Source of the DNA: Octopus vulgaris
Lineage: Eukaryota
Direction of reading: 5' to 3'
DNA length: 64,000 nucleotides
Assembly: GCA_951406725.2 (NCBI GenBank)
Contig: OX597822.1
Span: 46,810,001 to 46,874,000 of the forward strand
The notes below the pieces were generated by a model. It saw nothing but the letters and a program-made list of their open reading frames with translations. It ran no database searches and had not been told where the DNA came from. Each line of letters opens with the position of its first letter. Positions within the stretch are counted from its first letter, which is position 1. Below are positions 26,101 to 39,300 of the stretch, in pieces. The translations under genes were made by a program, and so were the position numbers.

Positions 26101-29100
26101 ATTTAATTGACCCCAAAAGGATGAAAGGTAAAGTCGACCTCGGCGGAATTTGAACATAGAACATAACGGCAGATGAAATACTGCTAAGCATTTCACCCAG
26201 TGTTAACAATTCTGCCAGCTCGCTGTCCACTTAAATTTGAAGCTTTGTGCAGTAAACTACTGTTGTATAGCCCTAGGTCATCTTTGATTAAAATCTATGA
26301 CCTTCCAGATGTAGCCATACACCTCCCCACCTCCTAGACAGATTGGAACTTCCAGAAGAAATGGCAGTGGTTTGCCTGGAACTTACCTCTCCACTATACA
26401 TCTTGTTACATGAACTAATAAGGATGCCTCTACACTGTTCTGTAATCTGCTAAAAAGAGCAACCAAATCTTTCTTAAATCTCACCCTACCATGCAAAATC
26501 TTTTACCTTTTACTTGTTTCAGTCATTAGACTGTGGCCATGCTGGGACACTGCCTTGAAGAATTTTTAGTCAAATGAATTGATCCCAGTTCTTTGGATTT
26601 TATTTAAAAACCTGGTATTTATTCTATTAGTCTCTTTTGCTGAACTACTAAGTTTCAGGGATGTAACCACACCAACACTGATTGTCAATCAGTGGTGGGA
26701 GGACAAACACACATACACAATGCGCTTCTTTCAATTTCTGTCTAAATCCACTCACAAGGCTTTGGTTGGCCCAACACTACAGTAGAAGACACTCGCCCAG
26801 GGTGCTACACTGTAAGACTGAACCTGGAGCCATATGGTTGAGAAGCAAGCTTCTTACTACACAGCCATGCATGCACCTATATGGGAAAAAATAAATAATA
26901 CAATTCCAAGAAAAGGGGGATAGTCATGACTGGAATGTTTTTGATTGTAGGTTTGCTTCATCAAAGTACAAGTGTGGGTAAACACCAACAGCGATAGTAT
27001 CTGGATTCCATAAACTACTCACGTGCTATTGGCTAGTTACTTGAGGTGATTGACTCCTCTCATTTGCAGTAGTCATAGTCTATTAGTTATAGCAGGAACA
27101 GCAGGAGGTTAATGTTCACTGGGAATACAAACACAACACCATATTTTCCAGCTCAGGTGGTCTCATGTAATTAACAGAAATAACGACTTTTCACACACAC
27201 ACACACACACAAATATTGATTTCTTTCATAGCACAAAGCCTTGTATATGAGAGAGAGGGTAGAGTCAATTATATAAAGTTCAGTCCTTGAATATGATTCT
27301 CTACTGAAGCCAGTGAAGCATACGTATTTTTCATCTTTTATTTGTTTCAGTCGAATGAATCGACTGCATTACATATTATTTTTTAAGCTTGGTACCTATT
27401 CTATCAGTCTCTTTTGCCGAACCGCTAAGTTATAGGAATGTAAATACATCAACATCAGTTGCCGAGTGCTGGTGGGGGAGACAAACATCGACACAAACAC
27501 ATGCACACGACAGGTTTCTTTCAGTTTCCATCTACTGAATCTGCTCACAGGCTTTGGTCAGCCCAAAGCTGTAGAAGATACTACTCGCTCAAGATGCCAC
27601 ACAATGGGACTGAACCTCAAACCATATGCTTAGGAAACAAGCACTTCTTACCACACAACCATGCCTGCACCTACATTAAACTATATAAACTCAGTCCTTG
27701 AATGTAATTCTCCATTGAAGTCATTCAAACACACTCTTTAATTTTTTTTAACATTAATTTTTTTTAACATTACAACAATAAGAAAGATGGCAAGATTAAA
27801 TCTGTAGAGATCCGTTTCAAAAGAGACTGTATCAGTGTGTCACTCAAAGAAGACACAAACTATGCATAAAGAGCTCATTCATAAGTAGATATTAGAACTG
27901 GGAGCATTTCATATTAATGGTCTTAAAAACCACACAGGACAATTGACATATGTATATATTTTCAACAGCTGGCCTGTCATAGCGTTTATGTCTTTTCTTG
28001 TCTCTTAGAAAATTTATTATAAACACAAAGTGAAGCTTTATCTAACAAAAAGCTTAAATCACTTTAAACAAAGGCTAACATGTTAAATAATGGACAACTT
28101 GTGTAATCTATTAGATCATCATCATTTAATAACTACTTTTCTCTGCTTGCATGGGTTGGATGGAAATGGGGCAGATTCTCTATGACTGGACGTCCTTTCT
28201 TTTGTTAATATTCATCTGTTTCCAAATAAGGTAATATTTCCCCTATGACCAGGCGTGTTTTTGTGAAACACTGAAAATGAAGGCCATTGTTTTCATGACA
28301 GTGATGATCATTTACAAACGATATGATGCGAAGACAAAAAGACTGTAACACACATACAATGGGCTTCTTTCAGTTTCCATCAACCAAATTTCCCACCCAT
28401 ACCAGCATGGAAGGTGGACATTAAACAATGATGGTGATGATGAAATTCACCCACAAGGCTTAGGTTGACCTGGAGCTATAATAGAAGGCATTTGCCTAAG
28501 ATACCACACAGTGGTACTGAACCCAGAACCATGTTGTTAGGAACCAAACTTCTTACCATACAGGCATGCCTGCACTTGTTACGAAAGAAAGCGAGAAAGT
28601 TCTTGCAAAATTTCTTAAGTCAAGTAAGCACAGCACTTAGTAATCACAGGAGAACTGCGTCATACTAATCCAGATGGTGAAGTTCACTTCACAACCATGA
28701 AGTTCCCTGATTAATTCCACTGTGCAAAAGCTCATGATATACATTATATATGTTCTTGGGTTATAACCGTAACAAAAAAACCAATTTAACACCACTGTCT
28801 GGCATTTAGCCATCTTTAGCAGAGTTCACTTACAAGCAATCTGACCAGGTCTCCAGCCTGAGGATAGAAACTGTGTTCTGATATGTCCTGAGAGGAGGTA
28901 TTTCTTCCAACTATTCCTCAACAGACGCTGAAGTCTAGCAAACATTGTTGGCACTGCCCTTCTCCATCTGTTTAAGCCAGTGTTTCTCAAGGAGTAGGAG
29001 GCTTTCCTGCCTATGAGGACTGAAAAGGGGGCAAATAGATTACTATGTTTAATAAAATTAATATGGTTTTAGACTTTAGATTTGTCCAACACCATGCCAA

Positions 29101-32100
29101 AGAAGGGAGAATAATTTGGACGATCACTGGTAAGACAAAACTTGGTTGAGGCAGATTTTCTACAGCTAAAGACCCTTCTTGTTACCAACTATTACCAAGT
29201 AAAGGTTGAGGACATCTTACTTTCCAAGTAAGGTATCATTTCATTCCTTTGATCCTCACCCATCAAAAGTTGAAACTACAGAACTTTTTGCTTCTCACCA
29301 GATACTAAACACAGGCACACTGTTTTTGCTCAGATAATATTAATGAGGACCAAGGAATGACATTCACAGTAAAACATGTGCAATGGCTTTCTTCTCAGTT
29401 TCCATTAGACTCACAAGGCATCAGTCAGCTTGAGGCTTACAATAGAAGACATTTGCCCAAGGTGCAATGCAGTGGGACCAAATCCAGAACTATATGGTAA
29501 CAAAGCAAACCTTGTAACCACACTGGCATGCCTGTTGGCAATGGGGCATGAATTTCACCAATATTATTTTGGGGGAGACCTGGTATTTGTCCGTTTGAGA
29601 ACTGTGGATTTAAGTAATTCCAAAATAAAACACACACACATGCAAGCATCACATAAAAGGCACCCGTACTGGTACCATATATAAAACATTCAGTACACTT
29701 TGTAAAGTGGGTGGCATTAGGAAGGGCATAGAAACCATGCCAAAACAGACACTTGGAGCCTGTTGCTGCTCTCCAGCTCCTGTCAAATAGTCCAACCCAT
29801 ACCAATATGGAAAACAGATGTTAAATAAGGATAACAATATATGTATGTACATCCTATCTTTAGAAGACAACTGGACACACACCCCCACAATTTTCTTTGT
29901 CTAAAACAGTTTCCTACAAAAGCAAGAATCCTTCATGGAGACACTCCACAAGTAAAGAAGTAGTATGTGAAGTTTTAACAGGCATGGCTGTGTGGTTGAG
30001 AAGTTTGTTTCCCAACCACATGGTCTCAGGTTCAGTCCTACTGCATGCAAGTAGCACTTGACCGACCAAAGCCCTGTGAGAGGATTTGGTTGATGGAAAC
30101 TGAAAGAAGCCTGTCGTGTATGTGTGTATACACACACACACACGATTGCATGTGTTAATGGCACCATGTCTTGACTCTGTGTAACTGGTAATAATTGTAA
30201 ATGAGTATCACTGTCATACAAGCAGTGTCCCTCATTTCCAATCTTCCATGAAAACATGTCCACCCAGAGGTAAATATTACCTCACTTGGAAACAAGTGAC
30301 TAGTGATAGGACCATAAAAAAAATTTGTTTCCACAAATCCCATCTGACCCATGTAATTATGGCAAAACAGACATTTAAAGGCAACCAGAACCCAAGCCAA
30401 CCAGAACTTTCAAAATGGGTTTGGGAAATGGAAACTGAAAAGAAACCCATTGTGTGTGTGTGTGAATGCTTGTCTTAACATTGTACAATGTATCATGCCC
30501 TGGGGATACATGGCCAAGGGGAAATATTACTTGGAGGCAAGTGAGGGTTGGTGACAGGAAAGTCATCTGGTTCAATGCCTCAATAAATTTTATTTGACTC
30601 TTGCAAGCATGGAAAATTGGGCATTAAAATGATGATGATGATGATGATGATGCATGTATCACAAGCCATCTTTGTCTATGTATTTAAACTCCTCAGTCAC
30701 TGAAGAGTTGAAATAAGACTGAGACATGCCTACAATACTCACTAACATGAGACTTATAACAAAGACATTGCTCACATTCCATTTTAATTAATTTCAACTA
30801 AGATTTTGGAACCATTTCCCCTGCCTTTATTAGCAAGAATTGATCATTAAGCTAATGATTCTTTCACCATACCACAGCTGCAAATATAATTAAAATTTCT
30901 TGCTTCTTTTCAGTAAGCCCTTTAGCACTGACTTTGCCATGTCATGATTTTATTCACATATATCTTCAAAATCAATGAGTAAAAATAGAAAATAAATACA
31001 CACATCCTGCACATTTATATATATATAAAAAAAAAGAAAAGAAATAACATATTATGACTCAGGGGAAATTTTTAAACCAAATAATTGCAATGTTTTTTTT
31101 TTTATTTTTCACATTTTTAGGTGACAAAAATATATTGTAAGCACAAAGTGAAAGTTTATCTTACAAAGAGAATTACTCGAAATGTATTTTTAGCTCTAAA
31201 CAATAACTTTTATCAGACACAACAGAGCTGATATTGTCAAAAATATATATAAGACTATTTCATTTTGGAGCAGAAGGGGGCATGTCATTGAGGGGGCCAT
31301 GAATGGCAATGAAAGGACTTTGGCAAATACAACTGATTCACTGATTAACCTAATGACAAATAATAATGAAGTAAAATTGAACCAGTGGGTGTGTTTTTAT
31401 TATTGGCTTTGTTCATCATGCCATCATTGTCCAGACACTCCTATCTGAATCATATCCCTTTCTCCCATCATCCTTGTCGTATCCAACCCACTCCAGGTCC
31501 TGCACTAATCCCCATACCATGTCCTCCCTTTCCAGAACATCAACCATTTGGAATTCTTTTCCTGCTCCTATGTTTCTCACAGGTGTTCACTTTCAAAGGT
31601 TCAAAAAAATAAATGGCATTAGTCTCACCAGTTTAAGAGAGCATGTCACAGGCACTGACCCTTTCCCCAGAACCAGCCAGAAAAAAATAGAAAATTAAAA
31701 CATCAAAATAAACTCTATTAAACTTCAAACACACAAATAAAATTGCTAAAAAAAATCTCTTTTGACAACTGCTTACTTCCCCTTTCTAACTCCAAATATC
31801 AAAATTGGAAGCAGACATCATGTCAATGTATTAATCACTAATTAAATATTGAAATTCGAAACAGGTGTCATGCTAATGTACTAAATTATTCAGTAATCCA
31901 TGAATAATGAATATTAATACAATTACTGTAGTGTGTGTGTGAGGGGGATATCTTTCATTGAGTCAGCATTAGTATCTAAACCATATACTTCACATTGGCC
32001 TGAAAAAAATAAGAAGGTACATCCCCCTCAGATCTCACTCACCCACCTTAAAAAACAGAAAAAATAAAAAGTCGGGATACATTGAACAATATTGCCAGAG

Positions 32101-35100
32101 ACACACTATACCCGCAAGCAAGTCAGGATGGCCACACTTGGAATATTTTTGTTCATAGGCCTGTTCAATCAGGTCTGACATTTGGAGCTGAATATCAATT
32201 AGCTGAAACACAGGCATTCTCTTTGCTACAGTTGCTTTCTACTCAACACAGATAACACACACACACCTTTTGACTAGCTTCATTCAGTAGGTCATGGTCA
32301 TGCTTGGGCACTGATATTAATATATTCATCTGTTATTTGTTGTGTTAAATGAGAATAATTGAATATCATTTTGGAAATACCTACTCATAAATGGATTACA
32401 AATCTCCCTAGAGCTAATGTGTAGTAATCTGACAACAACAAAGGACTAATTACTCCAGTCTCCTCCTCAGGAAAGTTCTTTACTATGGACTTAGGCTAAT
32501 GAAAACCTAGTGAATGAATTCAGTAGAAAATGAAAAAAACCACCATGTGCGTGTGTGTGTGTTCTGAGTTTAGTCCTACAATATGTCCCAAACCACCAAC
32601 CCACCAGAACTATAAGCAATAAACTACATTAGTCAACAGATGCAAACATAGCTGAATGGTCACAAAATTCAGTGGATTGACTGAAAAGGAGAACATCCTA
32701 AAATTGTAATCAACATAAACTGCTACAGGTGTAGCTGTGTGGTTAACAAACTTCCTTCCAAACCACTTGGCTGCAGCTTCATTCTCACAGTATGATACCT
32801 TGTGCAAGTGTCTTCTACTATAGTACTGAGGTGACCAAACCCGCCATCATCATCATCATCATCATCATCATTTAACGTCTGTTGCCCATGCTGGCATGGG
32901 TTGGATGGTTTGACTGGGTTGGCCTGCTGGAAGGCTGCACCAGATTCCAGTCTGATTTGGCAAGGATTTCTACGGCTGGATGTCCTTCCTAATGCCAACC
33001 ACTCCAAGAGTGTAATGGGTACTTTTACATGCTACCAGCACAGGTGCCATTTGTGTGACACTGGGGTGTGTCTATGTGCCACCGACACAAGTGCCAATTT
33101 GTATGACACTGGTATCTGCCACAACTGTGATTTTGCTCGTCTTGATGGGTCTTCTCAAGCATGACATAATACCAACGGTCCGAGAGGCCCAACACTCGAA
33201 AGGAACTCAGTCACTTTGCCTCCGTCAGGCTCAACATTCAAAAGATGTTCTTTACATGCCACCAGCATGGGTGCACTTGGCTCAACGAGTCCTCTCAAGC
33301 ACAGCACAACGCCAAAGGTCTCAGTCACCAGTCATTGTCTCTAAGAGACTTAAGTTCAAAGATCATGCTTCACCACCTTGTCCCATGACTTCTTGGATCT
33401 ACCTCTACCACATGTTCCCTCCACAGTTAGAGATTGGCACTTCCTTACACAGCTGTCCTCATCCATATGCATCACGTGACCATATCAACGTAGTCGTATC
33501 TCTTGTGCATCACATCTGATTCCTCTTATGCCTAACTTTTCTCTCAAGATGCTTACATTCTGTTGATCAAGGACACTGACATTGCACATCCAGCAAAGGA
33601 TACTGGCTTCATTTCTCTCAAGCCTACGCATGTATTCGCCCATGTTTCATTGCCATGCAGCATAGCTGTTCACACATAGGCATCAAACAATCTGCCTTTC
33701 ACTGTGAGAGAGAGGCCCTTTGCTACCAGCAGGGGTAGCTCTCTGAACTTTGCCCAGCCTAATCTTATTCTCACAGCTATGCTCTCGGAGAATCCACTTC
33801 CACGACTAACTTGGTCACCTAGATAATGAAAGCTATCTACTACCTCTAGCTTGTTTTCTGCGTATTTTTGGTATTTATTGTTTCTGTGCACCTTCCACAT
33901 ACAAATGTTAGTTTCCTTGTAAACCTTCCTCTCATGTTGCTGCACCTTTTATGTGTCCACACACACACCTTGTGACTGGATTTAGCAAATGAGAACGGAA
34001 AGAGGCCTATTATATATGTATGTGTGTGTGTGTGTATCAAAATCAAAATGAAAATTGTAGTTGTGGCCAATGCCAGTGCTGCCTGACTGGCACCCGTGTC
34101 AATGGCACATAAACACCATTCAAGCATAGGTCGATGCCAATCTCCCCACCCCTCACTGATTGGCTCCTGTGCCGGTGGCATGTAAAAAGCATCATCCAAA
34201 TGTGGTCAATACCAGTGCCACCTGACAGGTTCCCGTGCTGGTGGCAGATAAAAAGCACCCACTACACTCTCAGACTGGTTGGCATTAGGAAGGGCATCCA
34301 GCTGTAGAAGCCTTGCCAGATCAGATTGGAGTCTAGCACAGCCTACTGGCTTGCCAGTCCCCAGTCAACCGGTCCAACCCATGCCAGCATGGAAAACAGA
34401 CATTAAACGATGATGATGATGTGGCTATTCGCAATTTAGAACCGATAGGCAACAAGTACAGTTGTCACTAGAGCAACAGAGGGTATTTTTAAGCACCAGC
34501 AATGCTAGAAATAAGAGTCAAAGCAACTCTTAGCCACGTGAGAGCACTTTTCTAATGACCTGTCTCCCTTGTCTGCCATTAGAAAAGTGATCTCACATGG
34601 CTAACAGTTTTGACTCTTACTTCCAGCAATGTTGGTGCTTACTAGCACTCTCCGTCACTTTAGTGACGACTGTATGGAGTGGCAGTGTGGTAAGTAGCTT
34701 GCTTCCTAACCACATGGTTCTGGGTTCAGTCCCACTGTGTGGCATCTTGGGCTGACCAAAGCCTTGTAAGTGGATTTGGTAGATGGAAACTGAAAGAAGC
34801 CCATCGTATACGTGTCTGTGTTTGTCCTCCCACCATCACTTGACAACTGATGTGTTTACGTCCCCGTAACTTAGCTGTTCAGCAAAATTGACCGATAGAA
34901 TAAGTACTAAGCTTACAAAGAGTAAGTTCTGAGGCTGATTTGTTTGTCTAAAGGCAGTGCTCCACTATGGCCGCTGTCAAATGACTGAAACAAATAAAAG
35001 AATATATATATCCACATGAACACACACATGTATATTAGCACCATGTATATGTGATTGCTGTAAATGAGTGTCACCATCATACATGCAGCATCCTTTATTT

Positions 35101-36328
35101 CCAAAAGTCCATGAAAATATGTCCAACCATTGGAAACAAGAAGGGCATCCAGACATAGAAAATCTGCCACAACAGATTCCATCAAACTGATGCAAGAATG
35201 GAGAAGAGGACATTAGAAAAACAAAAATAACTAAAATAAATTGGTGTCCATTCTCACCATCACTCGTCAAAAGCAGTGCAAACCACTTGTTAATTTTTTT
35301 CCATGACAACATTTATAAATATCTGAGCACTTATATGTGTGTGTGTGTAAGTTAAACATCATGTTTACAATTTCAAGACAATAAATTAATTACTTGAGTG
35401 CATTAGTCAATTAGTTATGTGATTAATAAATCATACATTAAGTGTTTTATATTAGAGCCAGTACAGTAATGCAAGAAATTTGCAAATTTTTTAAAATATT
35501 ATTCCAAGACATTACAAAATGTACATTAATGTTCATAATTTGGTTATTCACAAGAATGCACAAGAGAAGGTAAACGACAATTGGGAATAGCTGAGTGGAT
35601 ATTGAACCTGTTTTAGTGATAGTACTTTTTTGGACAGGAGGCAAACACCCACAAACACACATCATCATCAATGTTTAATGTCCGTTTTCCATACTGGCAT
35701 GGGTTGGATGGTTTGACTGAGAACTGGCAAGCCACAAGCTGCACCAGGCTCCAATCTGATTTGGCAATGTTTCTACAGCTTGATGCCCTCTCTAACACCA
35801 ACCACTCCAAGAATGTAGTGGGCGCTTTTTAAGTGCCACCGGCACAGGAGCCAATCAGGCAGGCTTGGCATCGATCACGTTCAGATAGTGCTTTTTACAT
35901 GCCACCGGCACGGGGGCCAGTCAGGGGATACTGGCATCTACCAAGTTCAGATGGTGCTTTTTATGTGCCACCAGCATGGGGGCCAGTCAAACGGTCCTGG
36001 CATCGATCATATTTGAATAGTGCTTTTTACATGTCACCGGCACGGGAGCCAATTTATCTATCTATATATATATAAATAATTGAAAATTCTACCTGCACAC
36101 CTGGAGAAGTATGTTGTGTAGAAACAATTATAGTGATTGAAAAATAAATGTCCAACCATACTCCTTGTTGACTCCAATTTTTTCAATTATCTATTCACAC
36201 ACAACAGATGCCCAAATGCAAACCTGGAAGTACGTGTAATACTACTACAAGATAGCACAGGGTGAAATCTGAAGGTGAACAAGCTTTATACTGTACTCTA
36301 CTATATTCTTAGCAGAATATAACTTAAC

Positions 36329-36359
<31 letters not shown>

Positions 36360-39300
36360 GCATAAATATATATCTTTTATTCGTTTCAGTTATTTGATTT
36401 CGGTCATGCTGGAACACCACCTTTAGTTGAACAAATCGACCCAAGGACTTATTCTTTGTAAGCCTAGTACTTATTCCATCAGTCTCTTTTGCCGAAACAC
36501 TAAGTTATGGGGATGTAAACACACCAACAGCAATTGTCACGCGATGAAGAGGGAGGCAAACACAGACATACAAATACATACATATATGTATATTCGAAGG
36601 GCTTCTTTCAGTTTCTATCTACCAAATCCACTCACAAGGCTTTGGTTGGCCCGAGGTTATAGTAGAAGACACTTGCCCAAGGTACCACACAGCCATATAA
36701 TGAGAGAAAGAGAAGGAAAGAGTCATAGCAATTTCTTAGTTGAATATAATTGATATATGTGTACACACACACTCTCTGTCCTTGACTAGCTTCATTTGGT
36801 GGGCTATGGCCACACTGGAGCATTAATGTATTCATCTGTTATTCGCTGTATTAAATGAGAATAATTCAATGTTTTTGGAATCATTGCCTACAACTGAGTT
36901 ACAATCTTCCTACAGGTATTGTACAGTACTTTGAGCACAACACAGGATGAACCACTCCAGTTTGCTCGACATAACAACAGCAAAAAACAAACTTTTGCTT
37001 AGTAATTATCGACTCTGATTGAAAGAAGAGAATGGGAGAAACATTAAAATGCCTAATGTCAAATAAGTCAGCATCAACTCAGCAATGCCAAAACATCTCA
37101 TGACATATTTTTAACTTTAAACCAATGATTTTTTTTTATTAAAAAATTTTCTATGTGTTGTGTACCAGTAAATATTTATTCGATCTCCTGCATGATGCAT
37201 GATCAAAAAGATTGACGGCCACTGAAACAGAGTTGATTATGTAACATCCTTCACTTTATTGACTTATGGGAATTATGGTAATTGGAGGCCTGGCATTGCC
37301 AAGACCCATTTCAAAGGACATCAAAAGAGTTGCTGCTTAAACTCCAACATCTTTACAGGGGATATTCCACAAGGTAAAGAAAGGAATAAGAGGGAGGAAT
37401 AAGGAATATGAGCAAGTATAGAAGCAAATTAGGCGCATTAATATATAAAGTATAAATATATATATATCAAATACAACATATGTATACATGTATACATATA
37501 AAAGGGTCCACTCACACAGAGTACAAACGACAGAGAAAATTAAAGGGGTGGGAGAAAGGTGTTACAAGTGCAATAGTTGTTTCTGGGGCTTAGCAAGCCA
37601 TAATAATGTTTGTAGATTTAGTCCATCAGAAAATTTGGTTGTACAGATGCATTTAACATAGGATGAGACAAGCCTCCATCTTCCAGGAAGAGAAGATCTT
37701 ACATTTCAGATCTAAATGCAGAGAAGTTCAAAGATGGAATAATTAAATATGGAAAGCTAAGTGTATTAGAGGATGGTGGGTGGGACTTGAGGTGGGGGTA
37801 TTAAGACAGGGAGTAGTGAGAGGAGAAAAGACAGTTTAACAAAAGAGACCAATAGAATAAGTGCCAGACTTAAATAAGTACTAGGGGTGATTGTTTCAAC
37901 TAAAAGCCTTCAAGGCAGTGTTCCAACAAGGCCCCAGTCCAAAGACTGAAACAAGTAAAAGACAAAACATAACACCTGAATCACTATTGGATATTCTCTA
38001 CTTTTTTGTCAAGTAAAACAATTCAGAGTTGCCACTGTCAGTGTTGGTACAATGAAAGGCAGGTTTGAAAGATTGTTGAGATACTAGAGCTGATGGTTAA
38101 ATAGATGATTGTTGTGTACAAGAGGTGAGATGCATGTGAGCCACAACCTGACTGCTCACAGGCAAAGAGCACAGTATAAATTTTTCTAGGTAGGGAGAAG
38201 AGGATATGATACTGACAGAGAAGTAGATAAAGTAGCCAAAATATAGGAGAGAATAGTTAAGTTACGACTAGTCATAGTCACAATAGCAACTATCTCTGCT
38301 TATGTATCATAACTGGGACTGACAGATGAGCAAATGAACCATTTCACTAAGAATCTGTTGCAGATCACCTCAATAATGACATCAATTTCATAAGAAAGTG
38401 AGGGACATTAATGGACATTTTGAGCAGCTCTCTGTAATGGCTATGAATATGACACAGGGAATAAAAAATGTGCAAGACTCCTGGAGTTCTGTTATACAAA
38501 TGATTTAAATGTTCTGCGTTGTGAGGACCAGAAAATTGAAGTGTTTCATATTGCAAGACAGTGTGTGAGACAGAATCGTGATGCCACAGGAGAGAGAGAA
38601 ATATGTCCACATGGATGATGGCTCACTTGCATTTAATGATGCTGCTAAGAGGGAGACTTGGAGACACCATTAAGAAAGGTTGCTAAATGAAGAGAATGAA
38701 TGGGTGAGAGAGAGTTTGCCAAATGTCGACCCAACAATTCAAATTGACAGTGCCTTGGTAGATAAAGCAATTAATGGTATGAAGACAAGGAAAGGTCCTG
38801 TCCCATCAGGAATCACTGCTGAGATGCTTAAACATCTGGTAGTGTAGGCTATAATCTACAATATTGTAGATAACATCAAAAAAGTGAAAAGACAAGTCTG
38901 GAAAAACTAAAAGAATATCTAAAACAGGTGTTAGGTTTACAAATGATGAACATCGAAATAAATATCAATGGAAATAGTAGTTGTGATACCTGTGCCGGTG
39001 GCACATAAAAAGCACCATCCGAACGTGGCCGATGCCAGCGCCGCCTTGACTGGCTTCCGTACCGGTGGCATGTTAAAAGCACCAACCAATCGTGGCCGAT
39101 GCCAGACCTCCCTGGCACCTGTGCAGGTGGCACGTAAAAAGCACCCACTACACTCGTGGAGTGGTTGGCGTTAGGAAGAGCATCCAGCTGTAGAAACACT
39201 GCCAGATCAGACTGGAGCCTGGTGCAGCCCCTGGCTTCCCAGACCCCGGTCGAACTGTCCAACCCAGCGCGGAAAACGGACGTTAAACGATGATGATGAA

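Noticed and set aside
30695-30732. Other CTGAAGA-like hammerhead candidates (also about 36090-36130 and 63015-63045)
   Set aside because: GAAA core and stems are too degenerate to call.
33055-33519. Longer ORFs in the track (154 aa here, 159 aa at 38876-39355, 175 aa at 51677-52204)
   Set aside because: All lie within SINE or RTE remnants, mostly antisense or off-frame; no recognisable protein.
32255-36965. About 200-bp similarity between 32255-32460 and 36765-36965
   Set aside because: Begins with a SINE-tail-like sequence; most simply two old copies of a dispersed repeat.
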